NCBI GenBank assembly: GCA_043228905.1
Contig: JBHGNT010000001.1
Coordinates: 5,518,001 to 5,582,000 of the forward strand
Direction: 5' to 3'
Length of the DNA stretch: 64,000 nt
From: Azolla caroliniana
Taxonomy: Eukaryota; Plantae; Polypodiophyta
The position numbers were made by a program, and so were the translations under genes. The notes under the pieces are model-generated. The model ran no database searches. It saw nothing but the letters and a program-made list of their open reading frames with translations, and was not told the DNA's origin. The number at the start of each line of letters is the position of its first letter. Positions within the stretch are counted from its first letter, which is position 1. Shown one piece after another: positions 38,487 through 56,592 of the stretch.

Positions 38487-38554
38487 ATCATATTCTTCAA
38501 GTGTGTTAACGAAGCGGTAGCAGTGTAGATAGTAAGCATACGAAGAAAGCAGTG

Positions 38555-38676
38555 CCATCAGAAGGATTTGGTAGGTCATTATCTGCAGAGAAGAGGAGAG
38601 AACCGGGAGAGAGTAAATCCCCCTCGCTCCTCTACTCTTCATCAGAGTGGTGCATGACATAGTCCTCATCACATGG
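38555..38676 (-). ncRNA. Box C/D snoRNA, U32/snR40/snoR21-like (guide for 18S rRNA 2'-O-methyl-G in GUGGUGCAUG)
   Basis: Minus strand reads CCA-T-GTGATGA (C box)..CATGCACCAC-T-CTGA (D')..long GAAGAG/CTCTTC-closed hairpin..ATAATGA (C'-like)..CTGA (D)-TGG. The 10-nt guide is complementary to the conserved 18S sequence GUGGUGCAUG. Confidence 0.75.
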
Positions 38677-39098
38677 TCCGTCATCTGTAACGTTGTCAAA
38701 ACCCTAGGTTCTGGATGCAGATTTATATAGTAGAGCAGGAAGAGAGAGGCTTGTATTCACACTTGGGGGGAGACATACGTTTGTGAAAAACTTGGATTCA
38801 CACTAGGGCATGATCTCTTTATGGTCCCACTTGTTAAAACCCTAGGTTCTTAGATGCAATTTATATAGTAGAGCGGAAAGAGAGAGAGGCTTGTATTCAC
38901 ACTTGGGGGGCATGACATAGTCGTCATCACATGCTCCCTCGTCTGTAACGTTGTCAAAGCACTACGTTGTAGATGCAGATTTATATAGTAGAGCCGCGAG
39001 TGAGAAGAGAGAAGCTTGTATTCACACTTGGGGGGAGACATACGTTTGTGAAAGGCTTGGATTCACACTAGGGCATGATCTCTTTATGGTCCCACTTG
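38652..39098 (-). promoter_or_regulatory. Tandemly triplicated promoter of the snoRNA cluster (TATA, telo-box, TCP/site-II motif)
   Basis: Minus-strand CTATATAAAT at 38721-38730, 38859-38868 and 38979-38988. AAACCCTA telo-boxes at 38699-38706 and 38837-38844. GGTCCCAC at 38823-38830 and 39088-39095. All lie within near-identical repeat units. Confidence 0.65.
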
Positions 39099-39569
39099 AA
39101 CCCTTCTCGACCTTGCTCCCAATCCAATCCCAAACAAGTGTTGGACTTCATACACATCCACCATCTCTAAATCAATTGCTTGGTTAAGCTATGAGTATAT
39201 GAATCACCTGCCAAGGAAGGTTTCATCAATATCCTCCTCTAAAAGGACCTTTGTCCTCATGCTTGTTCATTATCCTTTTGGAAGCATTTTTCATCCCTCA
39301 ATTCTTCTTTCATAGTTCTCTCATGTTCTCCCATCCATAGAAATCTTAAGGCCGCATAACTCCTATGTTTGAGGTACAATATGAGCATAGGAAGAATCAA
39401 CAAATAGTAGAAAATCCTTCGGAGAAGTCATAAAATTGTACAATATGTCAGTTCACACACCTCAATTTCACAATCATGGAAAATAATGGGTACTAAATGG
39501 TTTGCAATGTGTCATTTAGAAATATGAAATGCCTAAATTTAATACACCCTTTTGAGATCCTAAATCAAG

Positions 39570-39717
39570 TCATGGATTTCATTTTTCTCAATCGACGACC
39601 AATGTGTGCTAATGATGTCCTTGAGATAGCAATGGATTTTATCATCATGGATTTATTTTTTCTCTATTGACGACCAATGTGTGTTAATGATGTCCTTGAG
39701 ATAGCAATGGATTTTCT
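39570..39717. repeat. Tandem duplication, 2 x ~76 bp
   Basis: tcatggattt.attttt(t)ctc..gacgaccaatgtgtg.taatgatgtccttgagatagcaatggatttt occurs twice. Confidence 0.85.
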
Positions 39718-41417
39718 TACATTTTGACCCTACAAAAATGATAAAAGCCTAAAAATAGCATTGTTCATGATACATAAATATTGTCCATTTGATTATCCGT
39801 ATTGTAATTCATCACGATTCAAAATTTAAGACATCTATTCTAGTTAGTTAACCTTTATTTTCAGACAATCTACTCATGTTTAGTTACATTGAGCAAGTGA
39901 CCAAATGACATACTTCAATCTTTGCAACAAAAAATATAACTAACATAATTATTCACCCTTACAAAAATTGCTTGAAATAGCATTAATATTTGTTAGATCG
40001 CTCCAATTCACAATGAAGTGAGCATTAATCACAAATAGGCATCATTTTTGCCAACAAAAAATCAAGTGACGGACTTTTCTAAATATTACTTTGGAGTTGA
40101 CAAACTATACTTTCCCAATGGAAGTTGTCTAAGTTACAAGGATAACTTAGCTTTCAAACAGCTACTCCTAAGAGAATTTGTCATTAAAACCTTTCATTCA
40201 ACCTTTCATAACAAAATAATCAAATAAGAATGCTACTACATCAAAGAAGTACCTTACATTGCTCAACCTTCCAAGGCAGAATATACCATTTTCAAAGAAC
40301 TCACTCAAAAGCAACATGCTGGCCATTCATTTGGAGTAACACAATGATCATTTCTAAAGCATGGAATGGTTTGTACCCTTATTAAAATTAATTCAGCTAT
40401 GTTAGAAGGGTGAGTCAAATTAGCATACAATTTCCATTTTAGGTTGAACAATTAACCTCAGTCACTAAATCTGCTCAAGAATATTTGTAATGAAATAAGG
40501 CCTCAAATGGGCTAGATCCTACATGAATTACACTTTAATTCCTATTTGGTGTTTACTAACATGTTGACAACGTATCAATACAGTTCTGAAATTGTCATTC
40601 ATGTAATTTCAATTAAAAGTAATCCTCTACAACTCATTTTACAATTAATGAAAATGATGCGTTCAACAATTCTTCCAGAGAAACAAAATGAAATAAATCC
40701 ACCATCTTTTATCATTGTAACAATTTATCTCATAGCAGAGCTTTAGAAATACCACTTTGTGCCAAACATCCTGGATTCTTTGGTTTCAAGATATACAATG
40801 CATAGCCTCGGAACATAAACACTTATGACTTATGTTTCCAACACAAGTGCAATTTCTCTTATTCCTAAATGTATGTCTTACTTCATCGACTTTATAGATG
40901 TGTTTTAAATAATACAAGTCAAATCATACAAACAAGAACTTGTTAAATTCAAGGAATAAACTGACGCTTCCATAGTTAACGAACAAAAATACCTCTTTTC
41001 TGCCGATTGGCGGTAAATGTGGTGAGAAGCTCTAACCTTCTTGGAAAACAAGGTATCATAGAGATGACCTCGACTATGAGAAACAAGATAAAACTTACAA
41101 AGAAAGCGTAGCTATACCACCAGAAGCCCGTTTTGAATCAATTTCATTGTCTGATGGTTAGCAAAAGTAATCAAACACAAATTTGTGGGATATAATGTAA
41201 CGTTGGAGATATGAACCCCATGCCCTCTTCAACTGTTGTAAGTGGCAAAGAACCCATCTCACTTTATCATATTTGTTCCAGAAATAATATGAGATAGCTG
41301 ATGCTAGCTGATATTATGCAGCAATAATGCAAATCAATCAAAGGAATATCATGATCAAAATTCTTCTTTCAGTACTCTTGATGCTTTTCATGAAGCATTT
41401 GGAGACCTTCGCATAAC

Positions 41418-48200
<6,783 letters not shown>

Positions 48201-48263
48201 TAGAATTGGTTCTTCTACTGACCTCCACAGAAGCCGTCGCTTGGGTTTTGGGTTCGATAAAAA

Positions 48264-48297
48264 CGCGCGCGCGCGCGCGCGCGTGCACGCACGCACA
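48264..48297. repeat. (CG)10 plus an alternating purine-pyrimidine extension, upstream of DUS2
   Basis: cgcgcgcgcgcgcgcgcgcg (48264-48283) is followed by tgcacgcacgcaca. Confidence 0.95.
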
Positions 48298-48699
48298 ATT
48301 CTAACTTTGCGATGCTGTGTTTTACTTATCTGTATGTCTGCTTCTGGAAAATTTATGGAAGTGTGCCTCTGTTTCTCAAATGCAGTAGCACTCTCCAATC
48401 TGGTCTCTATGTACATATGTGTATGTATGAATTATAATGTGTAGACATATGTTATTTTTCTATTGACCTTTGGCTCGAGTGACTAGGGTTGTGGGCACGG
48501 CCGCAAGCCACTTGTCTTCTTCCGCTTCTATGGCTTTAGCAATGAGACAATGTGACGGATTCATGTTTGTTTGGCATCCTCCTCAATCACCGCACGGAAA
48601 ATAAAATGTTCCATTCCGATCTCAAATGTGTTGGTGTTTTTGAAGCCATCACCATATGTAACTAGCCTACCATTACTTGCCAAAGAAACTGTCTCCCAC

Positions 48700-49795
48700 A
48701 AATGGAATTACGACATATTTTGACCATGCTTGATTGACTCGACCCACAACTGAGTTCATTTATAAATAAACACCTTCCAAGATGTTGAAACTTCAAGCAA
48801 CCATATGATCCTCCCATTTTAGTAGGGGCTCGTCCACATGCGTGCCACCATGAATTCCAACTCGTGCCTAGACTCAATTTCCACGATGCATGCTAAACGA
48901 ACAAGGCAAAAGATCAAGTGATTTCTTTGTCCATGGTAGGAATGACCAAAAACAAGAAATAAGAGGTATAGTCATTGAATGTGCCACTTTGAGTCAAAGT
49001 AGCTGACAACTTTGGAAGAGGCTTCTAATTCACAATATTTATCTAGGATTGTACCTTCTATCCAAGTCAAACTTAATTACCACATATATTATCTAGGATG
49101 AGTTAATGGGTGGCGAAAAGGAAATGTACACAAGATGTGCCCTTTCTGTATGGATTTAGTAGAGTCGGCTAAACATTGTTTATGGAGTTGTGGTTTTGCT
49201 ATGGACATATGGAAACCAATAATAAAATTATTAACTCCAGTATATCCTGAGCAGTGTATACATGGGGTGTGGTTTTATGGGCGGTGGTACATGATAAACC
49301 TATATGAACAGGAGGAGGTTGCAAATGCTATTGTGATGAGATGTGGTTTGATGGAAAAAATATTGGATCCCTTTGAATCCACAAATACAATTTGATAAAC
49401 CTCAAATATGGCAATTGGTAAGTAGTATTACAAGTTGGTATATTTGGAACGCTCGACGTTTGAAGGTGTTTTAAAATGTGACAAAAAGACCTTCCCAAAT
49501 AATTTCAAGAATTCAGATAGAGATTGTGCATAATCTCAAAGGGTTGTTTGATATTATTATAAAAGGTAATACTCACCGAGCGGAGCTTAAGGGTTTGGAG
49601 TTTCATGCCACCTGGGACATAAGTATATTTTATAGATGGCTTGTTGATAAGGTGGACCGGTTTTACTTAGCACAAAAGTATTTATTTAAGTTGATGGTTA
49701 GAATTTTGAAAAATACAAGGGATCTATGGTATATCTTGCATGTATAGCCTTGTGGCGTTTTCTAATACTAATGTAGTATCCTTTTTTTGGAAAAA
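48700..49795 (+). mobile_element. Decayed L1-type LINE 3' fragment
   Basis: zf-RVT-like CPFC..VESAKHCLWSC.FA..IW (49135-49215) is followed by WYIW.AR and Trp-rich decayed frames with many stops. Boundaries are approximate. Confidence 0.6.
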
Positions 49796-50045
49796 AGACA
49801 CCCATAAAATAACCTATTTACCTTTTTCAAATATTTTTTCATGTCATCCAACTAACTTGGACATATCAATGTTTTAACCACAATGTGCACTCTCGATAGC
49901 AACATTCATTGGTAAAGTTCTTGAACATCGAGAGTCGTTACTCACTTTCACATGTGTTATGTGAAATGTAATATTTTTTGTCTCATTGCTTATATTTGCC
50001 CTCCAAAGATGATAATAGAATATATCTATAATATAATATATATAT

Positions 50046-51110
50046 TGTGAAATGCACATAAGAGATCAAAACCAGCCTAGTTAGCTTCTTACTTCTTACT
50101 CAATTTATAGTTCATACAAATGTACCCTTTTCGGTTGGCTTAGCTACATGCATGCTAAAAAGGGTGGCACAAAGGAACACATGTACACCACATTCCCCCC
50201 CTAAGAGAAACAAGGAGGTTTACGACATGGGGAAGGAACGGGGTCAAAATCTGGGCTTGGGGTGTCATAGGGCTTGATGCGGGCAACATGGGAGGAGGTG
50301 AATCGGCAGTTCGAATCGCATTGGAGCAAGTACGCGGTGGATTTCATGGCACAAACTATGGTGAACGGGCCAAATCCCTTGGTGCTTTGCCGCTATTGTG
50401 CAACTTGTAGGTTTCGGGAGTCGGGTTATCGAAGTAGGGGGAGCGTCTGTTGGAGATAGAGCCCCCAAGTAGCACTATCCATGTTGGCAGGGTTGGAATG
50501 GACGATTTTGGTGGGAGGCGAGGGTCACACCCATAGAGTTCTCGAAATGGGCTGATTCGTGCAACCATCTTTTGTTTGAGGGTCTTGTTGAGGCATTCAG
50601 TGAGGTCATTTGTCTGAAAGATCAATCGCTCCTGTGGACTGAGGGCCACCTAGACTTGGCTGAGGTGGGGGACAAGAGGGCTATTGTGTAGGAGGGGGAT
50701 CAAGGAAAGATCAATCGCTTCTATGGATTGAGGGCCACCTAGACTTGGCTGAGGTGGGGGATAGGAGGGCTATCATGTAGGAGGGGGATCGGGGGAGCTC
50801 GTGGGACAATAAGTTAGTGGGCAGTGAAATCAATTATAGTGTGACGCTTGAGGAACCAATCGCAACCTAAGCTGAGCGGGAAGAGTTGGATACTTGGATG
50901 TGGGGGACTGGTGCCCATCATGTGGGGGACTGGTGCCCATCATCTCCGCCAATATGTGAAATGCACATAAGAGATCAAAACTAACCTAGTTAGCTTCTTA
51001 CTTCTTACTCAATTTATAGTTCATACAAAGGTACCCATTTGGGTTGGCTTAGTTACATGCGTCCTAAAAAGGGTGTGCTAAAAGGGTGGCACAAAGGAAC
51101 ACATGTACAC

Positions 51111-51113
<3 letters not shown>
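50046..51113 (-). mobile_element. Internally deleted Ty3/gypsy LTR retrotransposon (TRIM-like, ~1.07 kb)
   Basis: LTRs at 50046-50192 and 50955-51113 (TG..CA on the minus strand; one TG mutated). PPT AGGGGGGGAA adjoins the 3' LTR and PBS-like TGGCGGAGATG follows the 5' LTR. Integrase remnants: QTNDLTECLNKTLKQ, SPFRELYGCDPRLP and the GPF motif GPFTIV..TAYLL..HVARIKPY. Flanks are (TA)n. Confidence 0.88.
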
Positions 51114-51156
<43 letters not shown>

Positions 51157-51805
51157 ATAGATAAATTTATTTGTGAATGTATGTTCGTTATTAAAACAAA
51201 ATGTTCATACAACCCATGCTATCTCCACTACTTCATTAGTAGTGACATGGCAAGGTAACCCCTCTCAAGTGTTGTAAATTTTTTCCTGTATGGGACAAAA
51301 TGTCTACCTCCAAATATTTTATCCTCTCGCCTTGCATGATCATTAAGATTCCTTGTGAGCACTAAACTACATAAATTAATTTCACTATTGTATTGCACAT
51401 ATATACATGAGACCCCTAACTAAAATATGATATTTGTATGCTTTCTCCACGTCTCATTATGTCCACACCTTGGAACAAGTTGGGGTAAGAGAGTCGCAAT
51501 AAAGTGACTATTTGATTGATGAAGGATGAGTCCCCTTTTCATGACAATGTGCACCTCTTGGTACATGCTCTCTCACCAATGGTAGAATGTTAGGTGCATG
51601 ACGGGAACGAGAGGATAAAACATTAATTATAGATACTCCATGAGCACATTGTTGAATCAATACATTGAACTTTTGAAGTATTGTCTACCAAATTATCACT
51701 AGCTAATAAGTGGGTAATTGATGACTAAACAATAATAATGATTAAACATTGGATAGTCTATTTGCTCGAGCTACTGTCTTCATAATATTATTTGACAAAA
51801 ATTTA

Positions 51806-51954
51806 GGAAATTGGTAAATTCAAAGTTTTTCCCGTATTTTCATAGTCTTTTTGGGGGGATGGCATTTGGCTATCATTTGTAGTGCAGATAATCATATTTC
51901 TGAACTCAAAAAAACTGTGAAAATACGGAAAAAACTATGAATTTACCAATTTCC
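51806..51954. mobile_element. Mutator-like MITE, 149 bp
   Basis: ~40 bp TIRs ggaaattggtaaattca.agttttt.ccgtattttca.ag and ct.tgaaaatacggaaaaaact.tgaatttaccaatttcc. The flanking 8-bp direct repeat is aaaattta. Confidence 0.8.
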
Positions 51955-52529
51955 AAAATTTAACACCTCTTTCGTTCTTGTAAGAGAGATGCACATAATA
52001 ATAACGATAGTTTTACTCTTTTTCAAAACTTGCCGAAATTGTCATTAGTTTTGTTTTTGTATTCACCTAAATATGGCTTGTCAATTTGCCACAATTGTTT
52101 CCTCAGTAACCTAGAGTAATAATTAATTAACTGGTGTGCAAACATATCATTGATGAATCATATCTATTCAATAATCTTGTGATTAGTTCATCTTCCATAC
52201 AAATGGAACTTGGAAGAACATACTTTCTAACTTTTCCTCTCTATCTTTGGGAATCGGGATATTTAATCATTTTAGCTACTTAAAGGTGTTCTCGTACATA
52301 CCAAACTTGGAAAAATACACTCAGTCATTATGTTTTAACTTATATTCAACATAAAGTTCCACAGGTGTTGCTTTATGGTGTCAAGAAGTGTTGTTTACAT
52401 TAAAGGATTTGTACTTTGTCGGGTCTCCCAACGATTAATTGAAATGATACTCAAAGCACTCTTTATGGAGAAACATTTGTAAAAAAGTGATATTACAAGT
52501 GTTATTTATCAACCTTTAACCCATATATG

Positions 52530-52609
<80 letters not shown>

Positions 52610-53414
52610 TTTACATATATATATCCAACATTGGCATATTGGAGCAACTCTTTAATAAGCCCTTCCTTTTATTGTCAAATAATAAACCATTCCATCCATT
52701 TATTTTGAAAGGCCCAAGAAAGATAATACTTTCTACCTCAAGACTCTATAAATATGGCCAATTTGTAAAACTATTTTATGATTTGGTCTTCTCATAACCA
52801 TGCACACATCCAATAACATCTACAATGTAAATGCCTTGTAAATAATCACTATTAAAATAACCAAGCATTTTCCTTTCTTAAAAGACTTGTCAATCAACAA
52901 GCTTGCCTTTTATGGATCCACCAACCTAGTTTTGCAAGACAAAAAGTTGGAGCAATGTTGCCATAAAACCAACTCAACTTATACCACTCTTAGTGTAGGT
53001 GACAAATAGGCAATATGTAAACACTTCGTTTTTGGGGACGTGTCATAAGGCAATGCAATTTTGTTTTTCGCTAACAAAAGATTTGGGATTAGTAATTTTC
53101 TTATACTTATGTAGTGGATTCAATTGTTTATTGGTTTTGTTCTTTCTCCTCTTGTTAACCATTTTCTTCTATTACCAAGGAGGACCACCTAATCAACACA
53201 ACTTGATCTCATAATACTGCCATGTCGCACTCTAATATTTATAGTTCTCAAAATTTTTAACAAAAATTTATATGATAGAATATAGTTTGAGAATGTCTCG
53301 TCACTAAAGTTTATATTGTATTTATTATCTCCTTTAATACATTACACTATAGTGGAGGACATCTTATAGAATCACACACACGTGACACACACACTCTCTC
53401 TCTCTCTTTCTTTC

Positions 53415-53996
53415 TTCTTTTTTTTTCGTAAATGTATGTTTATATTAAAACAACATGACAATACAAAAAAACCTTGCCATCAAAACTACTTCAAAAGTAG
53501 TGATGTGGCAAGGGCAACCTTCTAAGGTGCTACAATACAAAACGACACAAATGTAACTCATCTGGGGACAAAGTTCCCATACAACATAACTGTGAAAACT
53601 GCCAAATCAACTTTCCTCTGATCCTACATAACTGTTGAGATACTCCAGAAAGCCCATCAAATAAAAAACCATTCCGCAAGTTCCAAATATACCACATGCC
53701 CAAGTACCTCAAATAATCAAACAGAAACTTATATGATGGGGATGGTAAAACTCTATCATCTTCAATGAAAACCCATTGAAAAGGTGCCAAAACATTTCCA
53801 GTCACGAACCCCCACAACTATGATATAACTATCAATAATTTTTAGTAACATGGCAAGATATAAACCTGTGTCGAGAATCTTCATCAATCGTTGTACAAAA
53901 GACACATGTACCACTATCAATGTGTCTTCATTTTAAAGACATAGCCAAAGGTAACCCACCAACGATAGCACGCCAAAGAAACACCTTTGCACGGTG
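53415..53996 (-). mobile_element. L1-type LINE 3' end with A-rich tail
   Basis: The minus strand encodes RAKVFLWRAI.GGLP..CVFC..DEDSRHRFISC (zf-RVT) and WYIWNLRN.FLFDG. A T-run at ~53419-53426 adjoins a (CT)n tract. Confidence 0.75.
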
Positions 53997-55066
53997 TCGT
54001 GATGTGGCGTGCTCGAGGGTGGGAAAAACCGGCGAAAAGGGGGTCAAAAATGTGCATGTGCAATGTGTGTGCACACAAAAGCGATTAATTGTGCATATGC
54101 AAAATAAAAAGGAAAAGAAAGGGTAAAAGGGAGGTATAGAAGCTCGTGCAAAAAGTAAGAGAGAGGTGAGATAAAGGGTAGGTGGGAAACAGGCTATAAA
54201 TTTATAGAGATAGACTTACATATTATATAAGAAAGAGTTAGTGGGTTAGTGGATAGTCACATTGACTACTAGCTAGAGGTGCACGGTTTGAATCTAGTCT
54301 TACAGTGCAGTGTGATTTAAGGAATTTTATTCCTTTTTTCATTGAAGACAAATTTGGCGACCCCCCCCTTCTTTTTTTTCCTATAAAAGGAGGTCGAGGG
54401 GGGCTCATTTGGAGGGACGTTTTGGGAGGAGGAGACTATCGCCAATTTTCCTTCGAAGCTCTTCATCTCCTTATTCACCACTTTTCTTCATCTCATCCCC
54501 CCATCGCCACGTGCTCGTGAGCCCAAGCTTCGTTGGCTCAACGTTGCTCCGCCCCGTTCGTCGTTGCGAGCCCGTGTGCTTGTTGTTCGGGTGGTCGTGG
54601 TTCGTCTTCGCCGTGTTCGGTTTTACCTTGTCTTTAAGGGCATTTAATATTTATGTTTTGATTGAGCTTGTGGTTAACTATAAATTGCCATTGTAAAAAA
54701 AAACCCTATTTTATAAAGGGTCCTCTTGCATTAGAATCAAACACATATTTAACTCTTTGGTCAATATTGTTCGTGTTTCTTTCTCTCCTTCTTTCTTTAT
54801 TCGTGTCTTTCTTGTACGTTCGGCCGTCTTGTGACGAGGGGACCGTTCGGGCTTGCCCATGCACCTCTCCTCCTCATAAAGGCGTACAAGCATTTGTATG
54901 TGTGTTTGTGTCCTCCTTGTACGTTCGGTCGTATTGTGACGAGGGGACCGTTCGGGCTTGCCCATGCACCTCTCCTCCTCATAAAGGCATACGAGCATTT
55001 TGTGCGTGTGTTTGTGTCCTCCTTGTACGTTCGACCGTCTTGTGACGAGGGGACCGTTCGGGCTAG
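53997..55066 (+). mobile_element. Unclassified non-autonomous element with three ~105 bp subterminal tandem repeats
   Basis: GC-richer block between two LINE fragments. Repeats cttgtacgttcg..gtgacgaggggaccgttcgggct start at ~54811, ~54916 and ~55022. It also has a tRNA A/B-box-like stretch (~54236-54295) and a TATA-like cctataaaagg (~54380). Confidence 0.45.
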
Positions 55067-55386
55067 GATGGAATTACGAATGAGTTTTTTAAATCATTTG
55101 TTCAAGACCTTAAAGGCCCTTGTACGATAATCTTTCAAGAAGTGTGGGGTTCTGGTAACATGCTTAATTCCTGGAAGATTGGGTTTATCAAACTTATACC
55201 TAAAGTTGCTTCTCCTACTTCATTTGGTCAATGGAGGCCAATATCATTAATGGGTGGTTTATACAAGGTTTTTACCAAAGTAATTGCCAATTGACTTCAG
55301 AAGGTATTACCCTCTATTGTACATCCGATGCAATATGGATTTATTGCAAGATGGGTCCTCCTTCCTAACATTTTAAATGTACACAC
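55067..55386 (+). mobile_element. L1 reverse-transcriptase N-terminal fragment
   Basis: Translates as DGITNEFFK..WKIGFIKLIPK..WRPISLMGGLYKVFTKVIAN*LQKVLPSIVHPMQYGFIA..NILNV. Confidence 0.85.
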
Positions 55387-55397
55387 ACACACACACA

Positions 55398-55590
55398 ATT
55401 TTCTTTTCTTTTTTTCTTTTTTTTCTTTTCGTAAATAATGGCTTTCATTACGAAAGAAAAAACACCACCATGACTAACTTACAACAAACTATAGAACCCC
55501 TTCTATCTAGGGATCTAAAGAAAACTACGACACCAAACTCAATGCCACCTTACACACCAATTCAAATGGCGAATATGATGATATGTGACC
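55398..55590 (-). mobile_element. Very short 5'-truncated LINE insertion with ~26 bp target-site duplication
   Basis: A T-rich tail is followed by ttcgtaaat, the same terminus as the LINE at ~53425. It is flanked by cttc(c/a)taacattttaaatgtacacac at 55361-55386 and 55591-55616. Confidence 0.6.
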
Positions 55591-55637
55591 CTTCATAACA
55601 TTTTAAATGTACACACTCTCTCTCCCTCTCCCTCCCT

Positions 55638-55713
<76 letters not shown>

Positions 55714-55847
55714 GTAAAGATATGCGAACAAATTAGGAGCAATGAAGGATGTTATTCTAAAGGTAGGGTATTTGATATTTCAGTGCACACGCAAGTGGAC
55801 ATGGAATAGTTTCTCATTTAATTATTTGTTTCATAATATGAACCATA

Positions 55848-56592
55848 CGTTATCGTGAAGATCCGTCACTATGCGCGGATCGTGAGGCGGAACCGCCGGG
55901 GTTATGGATCGGAAGGATTCGAAGTTTGCACAAGCTTTAGCGAGAAAGGAATTAAGATAGATTGAAAGAGAGAGAGATTGAGATAAGATAGAATGATTGC
56001 CTTTAGATTGAACTCTTGACTTTAGGTTTCAAGAACAAGATTGATACATCAATTGGATAACGAGTTTCTTACTTTTAATTTCTTGATTAATACCTCCCTC
56101 CCCTTGATCTTTTTCATCCCCTTTTTATAGATGCTCCCATGCATAAAATGCATGTGAGGGTACAAGAAATACATACAATGCATGTGATGCATGTTTGCCA
56201 TTTGGCGTTCATGCATCACATGTCACTCAATCAAGCTCTAATATGAGAATTTACATGTAAAGCTATAATGATAAAAATATAATCCCTAAAGAAATGATTT
56301 GGCTTAATGGTAAGCCTATTGTTTCCTATCTTGGAGGTGCAAAGTTTGAGTCTTGCTTACATCTTTTTCTTTGATGCACAAAATACTAATATCTTTAAGA
56401 CCACCATGCACCGTGATCAACCGACCCGACCGATCCGTTCGATTTGCATCCGTTTGGTCCGGCCTAGTCTGAGTCCTGATCCGGTTCGGTCCGCATCCCG
56501 AGTCACTTGTCGGTCGCTGGTTCCGCTGCTAGTTCACTTCACCGGCTCCGTCGTCGATTGCCGTCGGTGTTGGTTGGCCAAAAACCTTTACA
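55848..56592 (-). mobile_element. Solo-LTR-like segment
   Basis: The minus strand begins TGTAAAGG and ends ..GATAACG (CA mutated). It has an internal CTATAAAAAGGGG TATA signal and a CT-rich R/U5-like region. No TSD was found. Confidence 0.4.

Noticed and set aside
38451-38699. 82-aa minus-strand ORF
   Set aside because: It starts at a non-ATG codon, has no protein features, and is better explained by the two C/D snoRNAs.
38699-38844. Telomerase RNA candidate (AAACCCTA near TATA and USE-like motifs)
   Set aside because: AAACCCTA lies within the promoter units, upstream of the plus-strand TATA, rather than in a transcribed template position. A telo-box is the simpler reading.
50274-50459. Chromodomain suggested by 'ATWE' in a plus-strand ORF
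   Set aside because: It is antisense to the element; the minus strand encodes the integrase GPF motif at this position.
54236-54310. Functional tRNA gene
   Set aside because: Only degenerate A/B-box-like motifs are present; no cloverleaf or acceptor stem could be built.
54811-55066. CRISPR-like repeat array
   Set aside because: The whole ~105 bp unit repeats with no unique spacers, there are no cas genes, and the context is eukaryotic.
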